The position numbers and the translations under genes are program-made. DNA of 22,821 bases from positions 1 to 22,821 of the forward strand of contig NW_021836742.1 of assembly GCF_006345805.1 (NCBI RefSeq). Direction: 5' to 3'. Positions within the stretch are counted from its first letter, which is position 1, and the number at the start of each line of letters is the position of its first letter. The notes beneath the pieces were generated by a model. The model was not told the DNA's origin and made no database searches. It saw only the letters and a list, made by a program, of their open reading frames with translations. Source of the stretch: Octopus sinensis (Eukaryota). Positions 1-9,689 of this stretch are shown piece after piece.

Positions 1-229
1 TTGATATTTCGTAGAGCTTCGGTGGCAGAGTGACCCAACTTGTGTTTCGTACCAGAAAATGACTCGGTATTGTTCAGTTTGGTCAACATTGCCATAAGAG
101 CTGTGAGTAGTAATTTTGAATAATAGTATTGTCCTAGAACGAAAATGAGTTAAGAGTAAACACAAGCATATACATAGAAAGTCATTAAAAATCCATTTAC
201 AGATGACTCAAATAAACTCATGTGAGACA

Positions 230-276
230 ACCTAATACATACATACATACATACATCATACATACATACTACATAC

Positions 277-307
<31 letters not shown>

Positions 308-430
308 CTTATATATATATATTACATGTCTATATATTTTATATATATATATATATAGATATATATATATATATATATTACATATATATATAATATATAT
401 ATTTTACATAACATTATATGTATGTATATG
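230..430. repeat. (TACA)n/(TA)n compound microsatellite
   Basis: Directly visible tandem TACA then TA units; explains ORF 222..488. Confidence 0.95.
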
Positions 431-547
431 TTTAGATAGTGTATGTCAAGATTGGGTAAAGTCGCCGTATATATTTACAATTTTATAATAACATAATGTA
501 AGTAATATAATATAATGAAATGATAGAATATTAACGTCCGTTCTGAT

Positions 548-588
548 TGAACTAATACTTTCATTAAACTATGCAATCTTCAGGTTCA
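548..588 (-). ncRNA. Minimal type I hammerhead ribozyme-like motif (degenerate stem II)
   Basis: Minus strand reads TGAAC-CTGAAGA-TTGCATAGTTTAAT-GAAA-GTAT-TA-GTTCA: intact CUGANGA and GAAA cores, perfect 5-bp stem I, and stem III AGTATT one transition from the palindrome AGTACT. Stem II pairs weakly. Confidence 0.55.
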
Positions 589-837
589 TGTAGTAGTAGT
601 AACGGTTGTGTTTCACAATTTACAACTGTAGTGAGATGGCCAAAATGTTTGCCTTAAATACATTTGTATAGGTTCACAAATGTTAAGTTTTGCTAACTGT
701 ATTCTGACCAATCAGTGTGTGGCTTTACTAAATTACTTCAGTCAATTAGTTTGGGTTTAGGCGTCACGGTTTGATGAACATGTCAAGAGACCTGTATTTT
801 GACCATGGACAAAGCAGTAATTATTTGGCTATTTTAG

Positions 838-1221
838 AAATACTTAGCGGTATTTCGTCTGCCGCTACATTCTGAGTTCAAATTCCGCCGAGGTCGACTT
901 TGCCTTTCATCCTTTCGGGGTCGATAAATTAAGTACCAGTTACGCACTGGGGTCGATATAATTGACTTAATCCGTTTGTCTGTCCTTATTTGTCCCCTCT
1001 ATGTTTAGCCCTTTGTGGGTAGTAAAGAAATAGATGTTTCGTCTGCCGTTACGTTCTGAGTTCAAAATCCACCGAGGTCGACTTTGCCTTTCATCCTTTC
1101 AGGGTTGATAAATTAAGTACCTGTTACGCACTGGGGTCGATCTAATCGACTTAATCCCTTTGTCTGACCTTGTTTGTCCCCTCTATGTTTAGCCCCTAGT
1201 GAGCAATAAATAAATAAGAAA
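838..1221 (+). mobile_element. SINE family B, head-to-tail dimer (5'-truncated)
   Basis: Two units with a 184-bp period (TTTCGTCTGCCG at 853 and 1037), B-box-like GAGTTCAAA and body GCCTTTCATCCTTTC..GATAAATTAAGTACC; homologous to 14786-15095 and 20867-21035. Confidence 0.85.
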
Positions 1222-1509
1222 TATTGTAAACATTTCCCAGGGATTCTTACATTTGAATTATCATCATCACCATTATCATCACCTTTATTATTGTTGTCGT
1301 TGGTAGTGGTGGTGGTGGTAGTGGAGTACTCTGTGGTAACAGAATTTTAAACCCAATAAGATTATTTTTACTGACTTTTCTCTTATATATATATATATCT
1401 TCATCATCACTCCCTCCTCCCTCCACTTCTCACTTCTTCTCCCTGTCCTTCATGTTTTCCTCGTCCCTCCCTAATTCCCCTCTCCTCTGCCTCTGCTCTC
1501 TCACCTCTC

Positions 1510-2000
1510 TCTCTTCTCTCTCCATGTGACCGGTGTTCGACCAAGCCTGACCTTTCTTTCTTGGTTCGACTACCATCCATGCACAATCTATATTCCTCCC
1601 TATGCCTGCCATCCTTATGTCCCTGCCGTAAGGCTTTACTTCAACACACGCCAGCCTAATTTAATTCGTCCCTTAGTCGAAATACAACCTATTGTTTGTC
1701 CTTTATGCATTTGTATTTGTGTACCATTTGTCCGTTTTTCCCGTCCTTATTTTCGTATACATTCGCTGCTTTCTTCCAAGGAATCTAATGCTCTTAGCTT
1801 AGTTTTTTCCTTGGGGCTCGTCACATTGGAGCAATCTCGAGTATAACCAGCCGAAATTGCAAAGATAATCTGGAACTCGACTGAAGAAAGAAAACTCCGA
1901 ATGACCCGTCCTTGTTTTCTTTGTATCGTCTGTCTGGATGTTTTGTTGTTCCTTTTTTGTATCATCTAAGTGTCTTGATGTTTTGCGTTCTTGTCCCATT
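1510..2000 (+). mobile_element. ORF-less interspersed repeat, possible Penelope-like terminal-repeat remnant
   Basis: Shares ordered blocks with the reverse complement of 9340-9640 (TCCAYGTGACCGRTGTTCG, ACACACGCCAGC, TCTGTCTGGATG) and contains a hammerhead-like motif at 1876-1914. The Penelope assignment is inference. Confidence 0.55.
1876..1914 (+). ncRNA. Weak, degenerate hammerhead-like motif
   Basis: CTGAAGA (1881-1887), AAGAAAACTCC, GAA(T) (1899-1902), GACCC, GTC (1908-1910). Motif order is correct, but GAAA is altered and stems I and II pair poorly. Confidence 0.3.
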
Positions 2001-2422
2001 TTTTTTGGTATTCTTTATTATATATATATATAATATTATATTATATATATATATATATATATCTATATATATATATATATATTGCTTTTTGAGAGGGAGA
2101 ATTGCATGAATTGTCTTGTTTGTGGTTGGCTATTTTCATCTTTGGAGTCCATTCTATCAGCGACGGTATGTTGCTCTACGGCTACTTCCAGCGTGAATGC
2201 TTGTATAAGTTTCATTTCCTGGTACTGCTAATTCGTGAATATTTCATAAGAATTTGGTTTGCCAAATTTTTGCGAATTACATCCATGCACCCTTTGATAA
2301 CTCCTTGAACTACTCTAAATTCCATTCACAAATTCTTATTTTTTCCTGAGCATCTCAATTATGGAGTAAACGTTCTCTCTTTCTCTTTCCCTCACCATCC
2401 TTCTCTCTCCCTTCAACCTCTA

Positions 2423-2423
2423 T

Positions 2424-2501
<78 letters not shown>
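2423..2501. repeat. (TATC)n microsatellite
   Basis: Near-perfect tandem TATC. Confidence 0.95.
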
Positions 2502-2502
<1 letters not shown>

Positions 2503-3068
2503 CCGCCGTTGTTTTCCTGTAGAATATGAAGTTGCTCTCTTTAAATTCGGGATTAATAAGTACCTAGCCCAATATCGCTAGTTTCCTTTATTTTATTGTT
2601 TTCCTCGGTTCTTTTATAACAATCGCATTTTTATTTCCTTTTATTGACTCCTTTATTTTCATCTCATTTAATGTATTTTATAACTGTCAGTTGTTTTATC
2701 ACTGCTATAATTATCTTCTCCTCACATTTAAATCGCTTATCAGCTATTTTATAGCCATCTTATATTTACTGTCATAAATATGCATGTACATATAGAGATT
2801 TTGTCGCATTAAAGCCACTCCCACTTTTTCCTGACGCCTTAACTACTAATACATATCTGTACACACACATACACAGATAAGTATATACGCATACATATGA
2901 GTATATGTGTGCGAGCGTACATATATACATATGCACACACATACTTACACAGACATGCATACATGTATATCGTATATAAAGGGTTATAATCCAAGATGAG
3001 TCCATGCAAATATTAACACATACATACATAATACATACATATGTGTGTATGTGTGTGTGTTTGTGTAA

Positions 3069-3508
3069 GCCAGGCGTGGCTGTGTAGTAAGAAGCTTGCT
3101 TCCCAATGACAGGATTCCGGGTTCAGTCTCACTGCAGGGCAACTTGATCAAGAATCTTCAACTATAGCCACGAGTCGACCAAAGCCTACTGAGTGGAAAT
3201 TGAAAATGTATGTGTGTGCATTTGTGTGTGTGTGTATGTGCACTTGTGTACGTATGTATGTATGTATGTATGTATGTATGTATGTATGTATGTATGTATG
3301 TATGTGTGCCCTTGTGTTTGTCCCCTACCATTGCTTGACAACCGATGGTGGTGTGTTTACGTCCTTGTAACTTATCGGTTCAGCAAAAAAGACCGATAAG
3401 TACCAGTACTTGGAAAAATAAAGTACTGGATTGATTCATTCGGCTAAAATTCTTCAAGGCGGTGCTCCAGCATGGCCACTGTCTAATGACTGAATCAAAT
3501 AAAAGATA
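3069..3508 (+). mobile_element. SINE family A (diverged copy)
   Basis: tRNA-like head (TGGCTGTGTAGT, GGGTTCAGTCTC), internal (TATG)n and 3' block AAGGCGGTGCTCCAGCATGGCC; aligns with 12867-13282. Confidence 0.85.
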
Positions 3509-3610
3509 CATGCGGCAAGTTCCGTTCATGAGGTATGAGCTATTATTCAACTCGAAACTACAATACAAGACGTTAAATTTGAGCTTGTCTGTGGGTGTGT
3601 GGTAAGTATA

Positions 3611-3772
3611 GGCGTAGGAATGGCTGTGTGGTAACCAGCGTGCTTATGAACCACATGGTTCCGGGTTCAGTCCCACTGCGTGGCACTTTAGGCAAGTGTC
3701 TTCTAGTATAGCCTCAGGCCGACCACAGCCTTGTGAGTGGATTTGGTAGACGGAAACTGAAAGAAGCCCGTC

Positions 3773-3834
<62 letters not shown>

Positions 3835-4108
3835 TGGTGTGTGTGTGTGCGTTGTGTGTGTGTGTTGCGTGTGTGTGTGTGTGTGCGTGTGTGTGTGTGT
3901 GTGTTTGTGTGTCTGTGTTTGTTCCCCAAACATCGATTGACAACCGATGCTGGTGTGTTTACGTCCCCGTAACCTAGAGGTTCGGCAAAAGTGACCGATA
4001 GAATAACTACTAAGCTTACAAAGAATAAGTCCTGGGGTCGATTTGTTCGACTAAAGGCGGTGCTCCAGCATGGCCGCAGTCAAATGACTGAAACAAGTAA
4101 AGGAGTAA
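3611..4108 (+). mobile_element. SINE family A (full length)
   Basis: A-box-like TGGCTGTGTGG, B-box-like GGTTCAGTCCC, body GTGAGTGGATTTGGTAGACGGAAACTGAAAGAAGCCCGTCG, internal (TA)n(TG)n and tail GACTGAAACAAGTAAA. Confidence 0.9.
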
Positions 4109-4607
4109 TAATGAGTAAAAATCTTCATTACTTTTATCTGAATTCGAAACCGTGTGAATTAGAGGCAAACGTCTCGACGTCATGTTTATTCTTGCCCGCC
4201 AGCATTGCGCAACTGTTTAGCGCAGCCAAAACGGGGTTATTTAGCGGAAGGGTGATACCAATATATGATAATACATACGTCCATACCAAGCCACATGAAT
4301 GATATCTGATGTACTCATGTGTATATACGTGTGTATGCGTGGATATATGTCTGCTATGTATTTGTATGCGTCCATCTATGTGTGTTTGCGTGTTTTTGGC
4401 GGATGGCAGAGCGGCAGCTCGCGTAGGAGGTGGTTTGCAAGTTTAATGTACAGAATTCATTCAAACACAAATGAATTAAAAGAAGCTGTTACACATTCTG
4501 ATATTGATGAACTGTGACAAGGAAATTTATAAAAATATTACTTTTCACTTCGATTTAAGTGGATATCTGACGTTGTATACAGCATATCTGCATGGTTGGC
4601 TGTCTGC

Positions 4608-4615
4608 TCACTCTC

Positions 4616-4666
<51 letters not shown>

Positions 4667-4724
4667 ATTTCTCTCCTCTATCTCTCTCTCTTCTCTCTCT
4701 CGCTCTTTTATTCTTTCTGTTCCT

Positions 4725-4755
<31 letters not shown>

Positions 4756-5098
4756 ACTTTTATTCTTTTTCTCTCTCTCCTTTCCTTTCTCTTTCTCTTT
4801 CTCTCTTCTCTCTCTCTTCTTCTCTTCTCTCTGTCTCTTCTTTCTCCCTCATCACTCTCTCCACTCTCTCACTCTCCTCTCTCATCTCTCTCTCTCTCAC
4901 TCTCTCTCTCTTCACTCTCTCCTCTCACTCTCTCTCACTCTCTCTCTCTCTCTCTCTTCATGCACTCTTCTCTCCTCTCTCTCTCTCACTGTGTCTCACT
5001 ACCATCCTCTCCTCTCTCTCTCACTCTCTCTCTCTCTCTGTCTCACCCTTTCACTCTCTCTCACTCTCTCTCTCTCACTGTCTCTCACAGTCTCTCAT
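4608..5098. repeat. Long degenerate (CT)n polypyrimidine tract
   Basis: About 490 bp, almost entirely C/T with CACT interruptions; source of the Ser/Leu ORFs. Confidence 0.95.
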
Positions 5099-5229
5099 AG
5101 TGCGTGTTTCTTGGGTTCTCAATGTGTATGTGTGTGTGTGTATGTGTGTTGTGTGTGTGTATACTTGTCTGCTTACATGTATGCATACATGTACACACAC
5201 ATAATGGCAATTGAATAATCAAGTGGGTA

Positions 5230-5496
5230 CTAGCGCACCTTTACTTTCCCTCTTCCTCCCTCTCTCCCTCTTTCCCTCCCTCTTTCTTCCTCCCCTTCAC
5301 TCTCCCTCCATCCCTCTCTCTTCTTTCCTCCCTCTATCACCTCCCTCCTTCCCCTCTCGTACGCCTACACATACATACACGCACATACACACACCTACAC
5401 ACACACTCACACACACGCACACACACACACAGACGCACATACAGACGCACACACGCACGCACACACACTCACACACTCACACTCACACACACACTC
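5230..5496. repeat. C/T-rich tract followed by degenerate (CA)n
   Basis: Directly visible low-complexity sequence. Confidence 0.9.
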
Positions 5497-5736
5497 TAAA
5501 AGCATTCAAGATGTACACCAATACACAGATAATATAAAATAAACGAGACGTGCGACGACAAAAGCGTCTTCCAGAATTTCTACAGAGAAATTAAATAATG
5601 ACTGTGGGCATTCTGTTTAAATAAACGTATTATAACTAATAATACATGACGTCATTGTGCCATGAAACCATCCTGAGTCCAGTTCCTTCATTTAAGAGAA
5701 TGGGCCACATCGTTGTGAGTTATTGTTGCTAAGCCT

Positions 5737-5765
5737 TGTGTGTGTGTGTATGTGTGTGTATGTGT

Positions 5766-5806
<41 letters not shown>

Positions 5807-5850
5807 GTGTGTGTGTGTGTGTGTGCGTGTGTGTTGGTGTGTGTTGGTGT
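5737..5850. repeat. (TG)n microsatellite
   Basis: Directly visible. Confidence 0.95.
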
Positions 5851-5977
5851 TTGGTCGTGTTTAGTCTGGGACCTCATCCTCGACCTTGCCGTCATGGATG
5901 GCCGACCAGGATTCTAAGACTCCGGACAGCATCACCCTCGGAATCATTGGAGCACACAAGGGACGACCATCGGAAGA

Positions 5978-6022
<45 letters not shown>

Positions 6023-6099
6023 GAATTTGAAAATGCGTGAGGATTCGTTTAGATTTTCTTATTGGAAAAATTCTTAAAGACTTTGCCGGTTTCACACAT

Positions 6100-6204
6100 T
6101 TCTCCGATTTTCAAAAGTCGAGAGAGGAAGACGTGGAGCTATGCTGCAACTGTCTTGCAGTATTGCTCCACGTTTTTTTATCTTAACTTTTGAAAATCAG
6201 AGAA
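6100..6204. repeat. Ungapped 105-nt palindrome/hairpin
   Basis: Arms 6100-6149 and 6155-6204 pair without gaps around a 5-nt loop. Manual count on the + strand: 41 Watson-Crick, 5 G-U and 4 mismatches. Confidence 0.9.
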
Positions 6205-6291
6205 TCATGATAGGGTATATTTTTTTTTACTAGTGTGTCAGGGACGGTGATGGAGTAAGAGTTATTGAGATAGTGATGACCTATCTTATAG

Positions 6292-7865
6292 TTAGTCGTC
6301 ATCAGCATCTATTTGAGGGGTAATGAACTCATCTAAAATTGTTTGATGTTTATGGTGCATCATCTTTGTACAGCTCAGAATAGGAAATGAGTACTTTGTA
6401 AAACTCTATGTGTATCTTTATTATCGTCATATTTCGTGTTGTTACCAGTAAAAACTTCCTGGCCTTCTTCAACAAGTGCCAAACGTTTAGCCATACTCTT
6501 TGCAGTCAATGTAAGTGGAGTTGGTGGAATTCCTATGTTCTCAGCTTGCTTTCGTCCCAACTGCATCAAATCCTCGTTAGATCGATTTTCTTAATGGGAC
6601 ACTAACAACTCAACTGCGTCATCCTATACATCTTGTTGAAACTCTTCATCATTTGCAAATGTTACAATATTTTACTCAATTTGATGCAGACTTTCTGCTT
6701 GTGGAAGATTTGTAGTCATGGGTACAGTTTGACCATATATTTTTTCAAATACCATTCAAAATTGTAGATTTTACTTTATCCGTGACTCAACAATGTTATC
6801 CGCAATATCCATTATGTTGAGCTTCGTCCGGAAGTCTCTAACTTTAGGTTTTATCCTTCCTATCAATTGATCTCTTTAATTGTTTGAAAGTTCTCAGATA
6901 ATAATGCCTGGGAGCTAGTTATCACACATTGATCCATTGGCTGGAGCAATGAAGTTATATTCTTGGAGATATGCTCTACTTTCACATTATCAAAAAGCTC
7001 ATTTAAGTTTACTACATGACCAGGTGTGGAAGCACATGGCCTAGCGGTTAGAGCAGCGGACTCGCGGTCGAGGGATCGCGGGTTCGAAGCTCAGACCGGC
7101 GATGTATGTGTTTATAAGCGAAACACCTAAGCTCCACGCGGCTCCGGCAGAAGGTAATGGCGAACATCTGCTGACTCTTTCGCCACAACTTTCTCTCACT
7201 CTTTCCTCCTGCATCTTGCAGCTCACTGGTGTCCCATCCAGGTGGAGAACCTATACGCCAAGAAAATCGGGAAACCGGCCCTTATGAGTCAGGCGTGGCT
7301 CGAGAAGGAACAAACAAAAAAACAACAACGTGACTAGGTGCATTGCCTAAAAGGAGCAATGCTTTGTTGGAAATATCTGGCACTGTACCTTTCTATATCA
7401 CGACAAAAATGTTTGTGAACCACTCTTTAAAAAGTGTCTTAGTCATCCATGTCTTTGTATTTGAATGCCAAACCAGAGGCAGGTTAAATTTTCGTAACCC
7501 TTGAAAACCCTTGTACTTTTAGCGTCATGTACGAGTGGAGATTTTAATTTCATATCACTAGTGATATTTCCTCGAAGTATGATTTTTGAAAACTTTAAAT
7601 CCTGGTATTGAAATAAAAGCTCTCTCAGGCATGCGCTACAAGAAAAGTACAGTTTCCTAAACATTGTATATATTAGCTTATATTTTGTATATTCATCAAT
7701 AATTATTTTTACCTACTCAGATAATTAGTTATAGTCTTTGTATCAACATTGGTGGCTTCACTAGTAATTTCTAGGTTGTGCAAATTCTAGCGTTTCTTAA
7801 ATCTCTTAAACCAGCCTTTACTATACGGGAAAAAAAGCTTTTCATTAGAGTCTTTCAATTTTTTG
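6292..7865 (-). pseudogene. pogo/Tigger-type DD32D transposase fossil (frameshifts, stops, SINE insertion)
   Basis: Minus-strand translation across frameshifts gives SKGWFKRFKKR, IYNV*ETVLFL*RMPERAFIS (first D lost, 7657-7659), MKLKSPLV..STRVFKG, LPLVWHSNTKTWMTKTLFKEWF, KALLLLGNAPGH (second D to G, 7345-7347), NITSLLQPMDQCVI (third D, 6932-6934) and C-terminal QTILDEF with a stop at 6292-6294. These match established Tigger/CENP-B-like motifs. There are 32 residues between D2 and D3. No TIRs found. Confidence 0.9.
7027..7328 (+). mobile_element. SINE family C (tRNA-derived) with 12-bp target-site duplication
   Basis: A-box TGGCCTAGCGG, B-box GGTTCGAAGC and an A/C-rich tail; flanked by CATGACCAGGTG (7015-7026) and CGTGACTAGGTG (7329-7340). 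Removing it restores the transposase frame. Confidence 0.9.
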
Positions 7866-8013
7866 GGGTGTATAAATGTAGTACAATACACTCTCTTACC
7901 ATAAAACTGAAGATCGCAGTGTCATGAAACTCGAATCACGAAATAAACTTTCAGATTGATTCAGTTTCAATATAAGAAAATCATATCCTCTAAATATATA
8001 TATTGAGCACTCC

Positions 8014-8015
<2 letters not shown>

Positions 8016-8071
<56 letters not shown>

Positions 8072-8088
8072 GTCTGACATAAATCAAC
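8016..8088. repeat. (CT)n microsatellite
   Basis: Directly visible. Confidence 0.95.
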
Positions 8089-8156
8089 AGATGTACGTGA
8101 CCAGCGATGTGTAGCAACATCTGATAGCCTGGTCGGTCACGGTGATCACGGTGATA
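8089..8156 (+). mobile_element. Short self-complementary repeat fragment, probably a retroelement 3' end
   Basis: Contains inverted blocks CGTGACC/GGTCACG and CAGATGT/ACATCTG and ends in GGTGATCACGGTGA before (TA)n. Family assignment is from recollection only. Confidence 0.3.
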
Positions 8157-8160
8157 TATA

Positions 8161-8192
<32 letters not shown>

Positions 8193-8208
8193 CTATATAA
8201 TATATATA

Positions 8209-8310
8209 CTAGCATTAAAGACCCGTCGTTGCCGGGTCATAGTACTAGTGCATGTATATATGTGTATATATATGTGTACATATTACATGTACATCTATAT
8301 ATATACATCT
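8209..8310 (-). mobile_element. Exact duplicate of the Helitron 3' end
   Basis: 102 bp identical to 8734-8835, including the GACCCG/CGGGTC hairpin and terminal CTAG. Confidence 0.85.
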
Positions 8311-8379
8311 TCACATAAAATGCAAAATACAAAGTTATATCTTGATATCACTAGTGATAACAATACTCAAAATATATAA

Positions 8380-8711
8380 CAGACTGGAACTGTTAGCCCG
8401 TCTCTTGAAATTTCGATCAATTGTATCTTGTCCTCCCTTTTGTATAGAAGTGTGGCTACAATCCAGCCTACCTCTTCTTCTGGGGAGGGGGTGCATTTTA
8501 AATTTTTTTATGGGACGTCCTACGTCTCAGATATAAAGGTAAAAATAAAATATTTCCACTTTGCAAGTTCGAGTTGAGTACTCCCTTGCACGCTCCGTTG
8601 ACTTGTACCTTGCTTCTATTGTGGAGAATTTATCGCCTCTGATTAGATATCTTTCATAGTCGCACCAAGAAATTTTTCAAAGGTGCTTTCCTCCATGTGT
8701 TCAAATCTTCT
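8380..8711 (-). pseudogene. Possible PIF/Harbinger transposase N-terminal fragment (highly decayed)
   Basis: One frame with stops reads RRFEHMEESTFEKFL..KDI*SEAI..FISET*DV..LKCTPSPEEE..ISRDG. This resembles the Harbinger pattern F.RM...TF..L / REAI / I.E.C.AI / P...EEW / AIDG in order and spacing. Similarity judged by eye and weak. Confidence 0.4.
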
Positions 8712-8733
8712 TATATATATATATATATATATA

Positions 8734-9326
8734 CTAGCATTAAAGACCCGTCGTTGCCGGGTCATAGTACTAGTGCATGTATATATGTGTATATATATGT
8801 GTACATATTACATGTACATCTATATATATACATCTACACTTTATAGACAATAGTCATTAATTTAATTTTTTATTATCCATCTGGACTATTCCATTTTTGC
8901 ACGCTAATTTTATTTTTAATTTAATTCCCATTCATGTGAAACCACTTTTCAAGTCAAATCATTGATGCAATTTTATACCAATTGCTATTTTTCTTATATC
9001 ATACTTTTTTGATTTTAATTATTACTTACTACAATAATTCAATGTTATTATTATTTTTATTTGTTAAGTGAAAGCTCTGACATAAAATAGAGAAATATTT
9101 TTGTTTCACTTTTAACACGTAATATTGAAATAGTGGAGAAGATATTATATTGCTATGGGCTCGCTCTAGGCAAGAAATTGAACATTTTTTTTGCCCATGA
9201 AACTACGTGGACCCTAAGTAAAGCATGTGTAAAATTTGAATGAAATTGGTTGTGGAGTTCTCAAGTTTTAGGGAAACACACAGACAGACAGACACACACA
9301 CATTCTCAGTTTTATATATATAAAGA
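8734..9326 (-). mobile_element. Non-autonomous Helitron
   Basis: Minus strand starts with TC after an A (9326) and ends with hairpin GACCCG-N7-CGGGTC (8745-8763), 7 nt, then CTAG before a T: canonical Helitron termini and A|T target. (CAGA)n/(CA)n microsatellite near the 5' end; no Rep/Hel ORF. Confidence 0.8.
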
Positions 9327-9339
9327 TATGTGTGTGTGT

Positions 9340-9640
9340 ATCAAAAAGATGGAGCAAGAAAGTAACAGGCGACAATAAAGCATCCAGACAGATAGATGAT
9401 AAAAAGACGGAGAAAACATTACACAATTATAAATATGAATAACAAGAAAATATCAACGGGTGTCTTTCGAGGAATTAAATTGAGCTGGCGTGTGTGGAAT
9501 GAAAGTTATGAGGCGGGAACATGAGATGAACATAAGAGATAGTTGTCAGGAGTCATGAATATAAGAGATGCTTAACGGCCAGCGATCCAGCCAAGAAAGA
9601 TCATGCTTAGCCGAACATCGGTCACGTGGAAGGAAGGGAG
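9340..9640 (-). mobile_element. Second, internally shorter member of the 1510-2000 repeat family
   Basis: Ordered shared blocks at 9612-9630, 9484-9495 and 9381-9392; lacks the segment carrying the 1876 motif. Confidence 0.6.
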
Positions 9641-9689
9641 AGTATAGCAGCGCACGTACACTTTTGCTCACATTATACATATATATTCG

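Noticed and set aside
838-1221. CRISPR-like or satellite array
   Set aside because: Only two long units with no unique spacers; they match a dispersed SINE.
2070-2370. Possible coding fragment on minus
   Set aside because: Stops in all frames over the segment and no recognisable motif.
4504-5218. Three ORFs of about 200 aa (Ser/Leu-rich)
   Set aside because: They are translations of the (CT)n tract, which lacks stop codons by composition.
5647-5654. CRE palindrome TGACGTCA as a regulatory site
   Set aside because: A single 8-mer in 23 kb with no promoter evidence.
6020-6291. pogo terminal inverted repeat
   Set aside because: No TA-flanked CAG-type terminus matching sequence beyond 7865 could be found.
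7028-7100. tRNA gene
   Set aside because: No complete cloverleaf or acceptor stem; it continues into a SINE body with a tail and TSD. The heads of families A and B are rejected likewise.
7907-7950. CTGAAGA followed by GAAA
   Set aside because: No stem II or stem I pairing in any register.
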